The notes below the pieces were generated by a model. It did no database searches and was not told where the DNA came from. It saw only the letters and a program-made list of their open reading frames with translations. A stretch of 12,417 nt of DNA. Source: Pseudomonadota bacterium (GTDB lineage Bacteria > Bdellovibrionota > FAC87 > UBA2466). Made by a program: the position numbers and the translations under genes. Shown piece after piece: positions 7,672 through 12,417 of the stretch. The stretch covers positions 1 through 12,417 of the forward strand of contig JAYUGC010000098.1 in the NCBI GenBank assembly GCA_043767805.1, written 5' to 3'. How positions within the stretch are numbered: the first letter of the stretch is position 1; each line of letters begins with the position of its first letter.

Positions 7672-7740
7672 GATGAAATCATATTTGATTCCCTCTGGGC
7701 CGTCGATTACCGTCTTGAGATCAGGATTAAATCATCTCCA
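7672..7740. promoter_or_regulatory. 69-bp AT-rich divergent promoter region between glmS and the sugar transferase
   Basis: + strand: TTGATT (7685-7690), 17 nt, TACCGT (7708-7713). - strand: extended -10-like TGaTTTAAT (7734-7726). Inverted repeats at 7672-7695 and 7717-7738. Confidence 0.45.
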
Positions 7741-8388
7741 ATGAGGCCTCCCCTGCATAGGGCGCTCGATGTTCTTCTCGCCGTAGGGGGACTCCTGCTG
7801 CTTTCCCCGTTCTTGCTGATTCTCACCCTATTGATTCGCCTCGATTCTCCGGGCCCGTCCTTATTCCGCAGCCGGCGCGTCGGAAAGCTCGGCGGCTCGT
7901 TCGAGATGTTCAAGTTCCGGACCATGGCGGTGAGCGGCTCGCGCTCCAGCCTGGTGACTCCCGACAACGATCCGCGCATCACCCGGGCGGGCCGGTGGCT
8001 GCGTCCGCTGAAAATGGACGAGTTGCCTCAGCTCATCAACGTGCTGATGGGCGACATGACGTTCGTGGGCCCGCGCCCGCAAGTTCCGCAGCTGGTCGCC
8101 CTTTATTCGGATTCCGAGATGCGCATTCTGGACGTGCTTCCGGGCATTACCGATCCCGCTTCGCTGCGTTTCTGGAACGAGGGCGCGCTGCTTCGCGGCT
8201 GCGCGAACCCGGACTCGGTATATCTAGAGCACATTCATCCGGAGAAAATCCGTCTGAGCCTCAATTACATCGAGCGGAGATCTTTTTTCTCCGATATCGG
8301 CATCCTGTTCAAGACGGTCGGCGCTTGCTTTAGTTTCGGCGGCGTTTTCTGGACAGCCCGCTCTAACGCGTTGATCACGCGATCTTGA
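7741..8388 (+). CDS. Small phosphoglycosyl transferase (bacterial sugar transferase, PglC/WcaJ C-terminal type); priming enzyme for undecaprenyl-linked glycan
   Basis: The start is the ATG at 7741 rather than 7351, which lies antisense inside glmS. 215 aa. HRALD plus a hydrophobic helix with LLSP, then DSPGP, RVGKLG, FKFRTM, DPRIT, DELPQLINVLMGDMTFVGPRP, PGIT, DIGILFKT. Confidence 0.93.
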   Translation: MRPPLHRALDVLLAVGGLLLLSPFLLILTLLIRLDSPGPSLFRSRRVGKLGGSFEMFKFRTMAVSGSRSSLVTPDNDPRITRAGRWLRPLKMDELPQLINVLMGDMTFVGPRPQVPQLVALYSDSEMRILDVLPGITDPASLRFWNEGALLRGCANPDSVYLEHIHPEKIRLSLNYIERRSFFSDIGILFKTVGACFSFGGVFWTARSNALITRS

Positions 8389-9443
8389 ATGGCGAGATCC
8401 ATCTCGGGCCAAATGGGAAGCGAGAGCACTTCGTCGCAAGCCTTCTGCGCGTTCGGGAGCGGCACGTTTCTCGAGTAGACCTTTAGGTTCGGCACGGTGA
8501 GCGGATAGTAAACCATCGTCGAGATGCCTTCTTCCGCGAGGCTCGCCTGAACGTCGTCCCGGATCCCGTTTTCCAGGCGAATCGTAAACTGATGATAAAC
8601 GTGAGTGCCCTGGCCGAGAAGCGAGGGAAGCCCGATACCGTCGATACCCGCGAGCTTTTCGGCGTAGCGGCGGGCTACTTCTTGCCGCGACCGGTTCATA
8701 ACGTCGACGTATTTCAGCTTCACCCGCAAAATCGCCGCCTGAATGGAATCGAGGCGCGAGTTGTAGCCCAGCATCTCGTTGTAGTAGCGCTTCTTCGAGC
8801 CGTGATTGCTGAGCATCCGGCACATCTCGGCCAAAGCATCGTCGTTGGTGGTGACGAGCCCGCCGTCGCCCAAGGCGCCTAAGTTCTTAGAGGGAAAAAA
8901 CGAAAAGGTGCCGAGCTGTCCCCAGGTGCCGAGCTTTTTCTTGCGGTAGTCCGCCCCGAACGCTTGCGCCGTATCTTCGATGACGGAAAGGCCGTGGCTT
9001 TCCGCGAGCTCCATCAAGGGAGCGAGATCGCAGCCTTGGCCGAAGAGATGAACGGGGAGTAAAGCGCGCGTGCGATCGGTGATGTGCCGCTCGACTTGGG
9101 CGACATCCAAATTGAAAGTCTCGGGATCGATGTCCACGAAGACGGGCTCAGCGCCCACCAGGCTAACCGCTTCCGCGGTCGCGTAGAACGTAAAACCGGT
9201 GGTGATGACTTCGTGGCCAGGCCCGATGCCTAAGCTTCTGAGCGCAATGACCAGGGCATCGGTGCCGGAGTTCAGGCCGATGGCGTGTTTCACGCCGAGG
9301 TAGGCCGCGGCTTCCGCTTCGAAAGCCTTGGTCTCGGAGCCCTGGATGAACTCACCCGAGAGCAGCACCTTTTGGATGGCCTCGTTGAACTCTTTCCAGT
9401 GCCTTTGAATCTCAGGCCCTAGGTCCAGAATGGGAACGCGCAT
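8265..9443 (-). CDS. DegT/DnrJ/EryC1/StrS PLP-dependent sugar aminotransferase (WbpE/WlbC-like)
   Basis: NSGTDAL, TFYATAEA, PVHLFGQ, IEDTAQAFGA, SFFPSKNLGALGDGG (PLP lysine), GYNSRLDSIQAA, HVYHQFTIR, VLSLPIWP. Confidence 0.95.
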   Translation of the reverse strand: MRVPILDLGPEIQRHWKEFNEAIQKVLLSGEFIQGSETKAFEAEAAAYLGVKHAIGLNSGTDALVIALRSLGIGPGHEVITTGFTFYATAEAVSLVGAEPVFVDIDPETFNLDVAQVERHITDRTRALLPVHLFGQGCDLAPLMELAESHGLSVIEDTAQAFGADYRKKKLGTWGQLGTFSFFPSKNLGALGDGGLVTTNDDALAEMCRMLSNHGSKKRYYNEMLGYNSRLDSIQAAILRVKLKYVDVMNRSRQEVARRYAEKLAGIDGIGLPSLLGQGTHVYHQFTIRLENGIRDDVQASLAEEGISTMVYYPLTVPNLKVYSRNVPLPNAQKACDEVLSLPIWPEMDLAIQDRVINALERAVQKTPPKLKQAPTVLNRMPISEKKDLRSM

Positions 9444-9512
9444 TGAGCCATTTCGCCGCCTTCCTTCCGATTCGGCAACGGAAATGTTTCGAGGCGCGGC
9501 GGCCAGCCGGGC

Positions 9513-11375
9513 TTACTTACCGACTTTGACCCGGATGGTGGTATTCGTCCCGTTCGTCTCTTGCCATGCGTCATAAAGCTTGCTCGCATGGGGGTAAAGG
9601 GACGGGTTATTGGCCGCCCGGGAGGTGCTCTTATTGATGCCGCTCGGGCCGTCGCCATCGACGAAAGTCCACGCGCCGGTGGCCTCATTGCTCAGGTGCT
9701 TCACGCGGATATTGGCCGCGCTGCCATCCGTTTCCGACCAGGTGGCATAGAGGAAAGTGGAGAGGACGGAAAGCATCGGGTAGCTGGCGGACCGCGTGGG
9801 ATCCTTATTTAAGCCCACGCCGGTCGAGTTGCCGTCGACGAAAACCCAGTTCGAGGCGGAGCAGCTTGCTCCGTCGAAGCGAGCGACGCGGACTTGCAAC
9901 GGTCCCGACGCGGACGCGTCCTCAATCCAGGTCGCGTAAATCTTGTTATTAAAGACCGTAAGCCGGGGAAAGCGCGCATGGCGGGCAGCGACCCGATTCA
10001 AGCCGACGCCGTCGATGGGGGCCCAGGTATTGGCGTTCTCGTCCTCGTTACAAGACACGTGGACGGTATCGACGGAAGTGTTGCTGACTTCCTGCCAGGC
10101 CAGATAAAGCCGGCCGGCGAGGTAGGCGATGGAAGGGGAAGTCGCGTTGCGCGCGGGGTTGATGTTCAGTCCGTTTTCCGCGTTGCTCGTATCGAAGTTG
10201 GTCCAGGAGCCGGTGTTGTATTTTTTAACGCGAATCTGAGTATTGGCGGACCCGTTCTCCTCAGTGAAAGTGACGTAAAGGCTCGAAGAGGTGGCGACCA
10301 GGCGCGGGGTCTGAGCGATGCGGGCGCTGTTACGGTTGATGCCGACCGCGGCCCCGCCGTCCATGAAAGACCAGCTCGGGGCCGAATCGTTTCCGCCGTA
10401 TTGCTTCACGCGAATTTGCCGAGCTCCCGTCGTGTTATGGGGCTCGTCCCAGACCATGGTCAGCTTGCTGTTGAAAATCGTCACATCCGGGTTTCTCGCC
10501 GACATGGTCGTGTCGTAGTTGAGGCCCGTGGAAAGATTGCCGTCCACGAAAGTCCAGGCGCCCGTCATGTCGTCATCGCCGTAAACGGCGGCGCGAATCT
10601 GGTCCACGGTTCCGGTCGACTCCTGCCAGGTTCCGTAAAGCTTGCTCGAGAGCTCGACGAGTTTCGGGACCACGCCGTTTTTGGTGGCGTCTTTGGCGAG
10701 TCCGTTGGTGCCATTTCCGTCGACGAAAGAAGTAAATTGCGCCTGTCTCCAGGTGAAGCCGTTACCCAGCGTCTCGGACTGGGCGTCGACGTTGGTTACC
10801 GTGACGCCCGCGCTTGCCAGCGAAGTGCCGGAGGGCGCGACGCAAGTGAGCGACGTGCCACCGACGACGGTCACCGACGGGCAGTCCGTGCTCCCAATCA
10901 ATACCGTGGCGCCCGTTCTAAAGCCCGTGCCCGTCACGGTGATGGTAGTGCCGCCCATGTAAAAACCGGGAGTCGCCGCGGTGACGGTCGGAGGCGGGTG
11001 GTAGGTATAGCCGCCGACCAAGGTGCCGGAGGCAAGACCGCCCGTCGTGAAATTGCGATTGGTTACCTGAACGTCCACGATGACCGAAACCGAAGTGCCG
11101 CCGGTCAACGCGGGAACGATGCAGGCAAGCGAAGTGCCCGAGATATGTTCGAGATCGGAGCATGCGCGCCCATTGACCGTTACGGTGGAGGTCAGGGAAA
11201 AGCCCGTGCCGATGAGAATAATTTCGTTACCGCCCACCGCCGCGCCGGACGTGGGTTCGACGGAAATCAGGGTAGGAGTCGTGGTGGTATTCGCGCTCGA
11301 GCTAGTGCGCGCACACGCCTGCCACAGGATTGGGCAGAGACACAGTAAATACCTCACGTACCGCTTACGTACCAC
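9513..11375 (-). CDS. Putative lipoprotein with two IPT/TIG domains and a seven-repeat beta-propeller-like domain
   Basis: I prefer the GTG at 11375 as start (GAGGT at 11385-11381, 5-nt spacer). It gives MVRKRYVRYLLCLCPILWQA-C, a lipobox-like Cys followed by an S/T linker. IPT motifs: PTLISVEPTSGAAVGGNEIILIGTGF and PPTVTAATP...GGTTITVTGTGF, each with a Cys pair. The TTG at 11393 is the alternative start. Confidence 0.85.
   Translation of the reverse strand: MVRKRYVRYLLCLCPILWQACARTSSSANTTTTPTLISVEPTSGAAVGGNEIILIGTGFSLTSTVTVNGRACSDLEHISGTSLACIVPALTGGTSVSVIVDVQVTNRNFTTGGLASGTLVGGYTYHPPPTVTAATPGFYMGGTTITVTGTGFRTGATVLIGSTDCPSVTVVGGTSLTCVAPSGTSLASAGVTVTNVDAQSETLGNGFTWRQAQFTSFVDGNGTNGLAKDATKNGVVPKLVELSSKLYGTWQESTGTVDQIRAAVYGDDDMTGAWTFVDGNLSTGLNYDTTMSARNPDVTIFNSKLTMVWDEPHNTTGARQIRVKQYGGNDSAPSWSFMDGGAAVGINRNSARIAQTPRLVATSSSLYVTFTEENGSANTQIRVKKYNTGSWTNFDTSNAENGLNINPARNATSPSIAYLAGRLYLAWQEVSNTSVDTVHVSCNEDENANTWAPIDGVGLNRVAARHARFPRLTVFNNKIYATWIEDASASGPLQVRVARFDGASCSASNWVFVDGNSTGVGLNKDPTRSASYPMLSVLSTFLYATWSETDGSAANIRVKHLSNEATGAWTFVDGDGPSGINKSTSRAANNPSLYPHASKLYDAWQETNGTNTTIRVKVGK
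9516..10736 (-). repeat. Seven tandem ~55-60 aa protein repeats (probable 7-bladed propeller)
   Basis: Approximate consensus W-x-F-V-D-G-x(n)-G-[LI]-N-x(n)-A-x2-P-x-L-x5-L-Y-x2-W-x-E-x(n)-I-R-V. Blades begin FTSFVDG, WTFVDG, WSFMDG, WTNFD, WAPIDG, WVFVDG, WTFVDG. Confidence 0.85.
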
Positions 11376-11409
11376 TTGAGACCTCGAGAACAAGGTTTAA
11401 GTATATGAT

Positions 11410-11437
11410 ATATCGGAACCTTGCCACGATTAGTTGA
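11410..11437 (-). promoter_or_regulatory. Possible sigma28 (FliA)-type promoter for the IPT/propeller lipoprotein
   Basis: - strand: TCAA (11437-11434), 16 nt, TCCGATAT (11417-11410), compared with the consensus TAAA-N15-GCCGATAA. A sigma70-like TATACT also lies at 11405-11400. Confidence 0.3.
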
Positions 11438-11439
11438 GG

Positions 11440-11625
11440 CCAAAGTGTGGCTGGGCTAAAGCCCTGTCAGGACGGGATTTTTACCAATTGTGAAGTCATT
11501 GTGCCGGTGGTTTCGGCGTCAAGTGACGGGCTATAACGACGCACTCGTTGTACTTGAAGATCCGGCCAAAAAGCTCCGGGAAGGGGAATAAACCGCTTCT
11601 AGGGTTTTTAGCCGAAGCGCATAGG
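11440..11625 (+). ncRNA. ssrS: Candidate 6S RNA (long rod-shaped hairpin with a weakly paired centre); ends approximate
   Basis: Nested pairings found by eye: 11445-11452/11616-11622; GGCTAAAGCCCT 11454-11465 with AGGGTTTTTAGCC 11601-11613; AGGACGG 11469-11475/11593-11600; weak centre; GCCGG 11503-11507/CCGGC 11562-11566; TCAAGT 11519-11524/ACTTGA 11552-11557; ATAACGA-cgcac-TCGTTGT apex. G-U pairs favour the + strand. About 185 nt. Confidence 0.6.
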
Positions 11626-11647
11626 AAGGATCTTGGGTGGACTCCAT

Positions 11648-12415
11648 TTAGTGGGCACTTCCGGATCGCCGAGCCAGGCCGAACTTCTCGGCGGCGGCCG
11701 ATAAATCGCCCCGCAAAACATCTTGGAGCCCGCGATAACAAAGATTCAGGCGCACCATGGTCTTCGACGAGCCGGCTTTCGCGGCGTGATTCCATCCGTA
11801 CTCCGCGCTGAGGCGGCTCACGGACTCATAGAGGGAAATCTCTTCTTCGAATCGGACCAGGGACTGGGTGAGTAGCTCTGTCTGACTGGCGGCGTGCCGG
11901 CGATAGCGGTACGCCTTCGTGCCAAGCCCGACGAGCGTTTCTCCGCGAAATAAAAGAGAGAGCGTGAGATCGAGATCCATCACCATGCGGCGATCCGGCC
12001 GAAACGGAGAGTCGCCGAGTTTTGCCTTTCGGTAACACAGGGTGGGACACATGATGAAATTGCCGCGGAGTAAACTCGTCACGCCGGGCTCACCGTTTAG
12101 AAAAATCGGATTTCCGCGCGGCCTTAGCCACTGCTTGACCGCGTCGGCCATGGAAAATACGGAGCGACCGTCGGTGCCGATGATGTCGGCTTCGCAGAAG
12201 TAAGCCGCCGCGTCCGGAAATTTCGTCGCCGCTTCAAGCATGACGGAAGCGTAATCGGGCAAAAGCTCGTCGTCGGCGTGGAAAAGCGTCACGAGCTCCG
12301 TGTCGACCAGCTCCAGGCAACGGTTCCAGTTGCCGGCGGTGCCGAGGTTCTTCTCGTTTCGCTCGTAGCGAATGCCGAGCGCCTTAAACTCTTTTACGAC
12401 GTCCTCGCCCTTGGC
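11648..12415 (-). CDS. Glycosyltransferase family 2, 5'-truncated by the window edge
   Basis: The frame is open to the window end (AKGEDVVKEFKALGIRYERNEKNLGTAGNWNRCLELVDTELVTLFHADDEL). HADD is the DxD-type motif. Also GNFIMCPTLCYR, MDLDL, YRYRRH. Stop TAA at 11650-11648. Confidence 0.92.
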   Translation of the reverse strand, partial: AKGEDVVKEFKALGIRYERNEKNLGTAGNWNRCLELVDTELVTLFHADDELLPDYASVMLEAATKFPDAAAYFCEADIIGTDGRSVFSMADAVKQWLRPRGNPIFLNGEPGVTSLLRGNFIMCPTLCYRKAKLGDSPFRPDRRMVMDLDLTLSLLFRGETLVGLGTKAYRYRRHAASQTELLTQSLVRFEEEISLYESVSRLSAEYGWNHAAKAGSSKTMVRLNLCYRGLQDVLRGDLSAAAEKFGLARRSGSAH

Positions 12416-12417
12416 AT

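Noticed and set aside
7351..7740. 130-aa N-terminal extension of the sugar transferase in the ORF track
   Set aside because: Mostly antisense to the conserved glmS N-terminus. Family similarity starts at the ATG at 7741.
7672..7740. glmS ribozyme upstream of glmS
   Set aside because: Only 69 bp of intergenic space, and I see no ribozyme core sequence.
9650..10565. Near-identical short DNA stretches such as ACGAAAGTCCA at ~9661 and ~10546
   Set aside because: They encode the repeated WTFVDG blade motif. They are not CRISPR repeats or a DGR template/variable pair, and no reverse transcriptase or cas gene is present.
9894..11348. 484-aa plus-strand ORF
   Set aside because: Antisense shadow of the IPT/propeller lipoprotein with low-information Arg/Gly-rich sequence.
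11496..11811. Short ORFs 11496-11795 (-) and 11548-11811 (+)
   Set aside because: They overlap the GT2 3' end and the structured RNA candidate, and show no SD or protein-like features.
1..12417. Stop-codon reassignment
   Set aside because: TAA, TGA and TAG all terminate genes at or after the expected family ends, and no conserved gene is interrupted.

Overview
A bacterial, fairly GC-rich (roughly 60% by eye) cell-surface and glycan-biosynthesis region. In order: the 3' part of a large secreted protein (Cys-paired Ig-like repeats plus a delta-60 repeat propeller, 5'-truncated); a tandem-domain GT2 glycosyltransferase overlapping gmhA; a 62-aa orphan ORF; a signal-peptide-bearing GNAT-fold protein directly behind glmS; glmS; a small PglC/WcaJ-type phosphoglycosyl transferase that overlaps tail-to-tail by 124 bp with a DegT/WbpE-like aminotransferase; a lipoprotein with two IPT/TIG domains and seven ~55-60 aa propeller-like repeats; a 254-bp spacer; and a second GT2 (5'-truncated). 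The best non-ORF signal is a ~185-nt rod-shaped RNA fold on the + strand of that spacer (~11440-11625), which has the size, architecture and short sequence blocks of a 6S RNA but lacks the usual zapA/ygfA neighbours. The style of the secreted proteins suggests Bdellovibrionota or Myxococcota, which is inference only. I saw no transposase, CRISPR array, tRNA or rRNA. All calls were made by eye without database searches.
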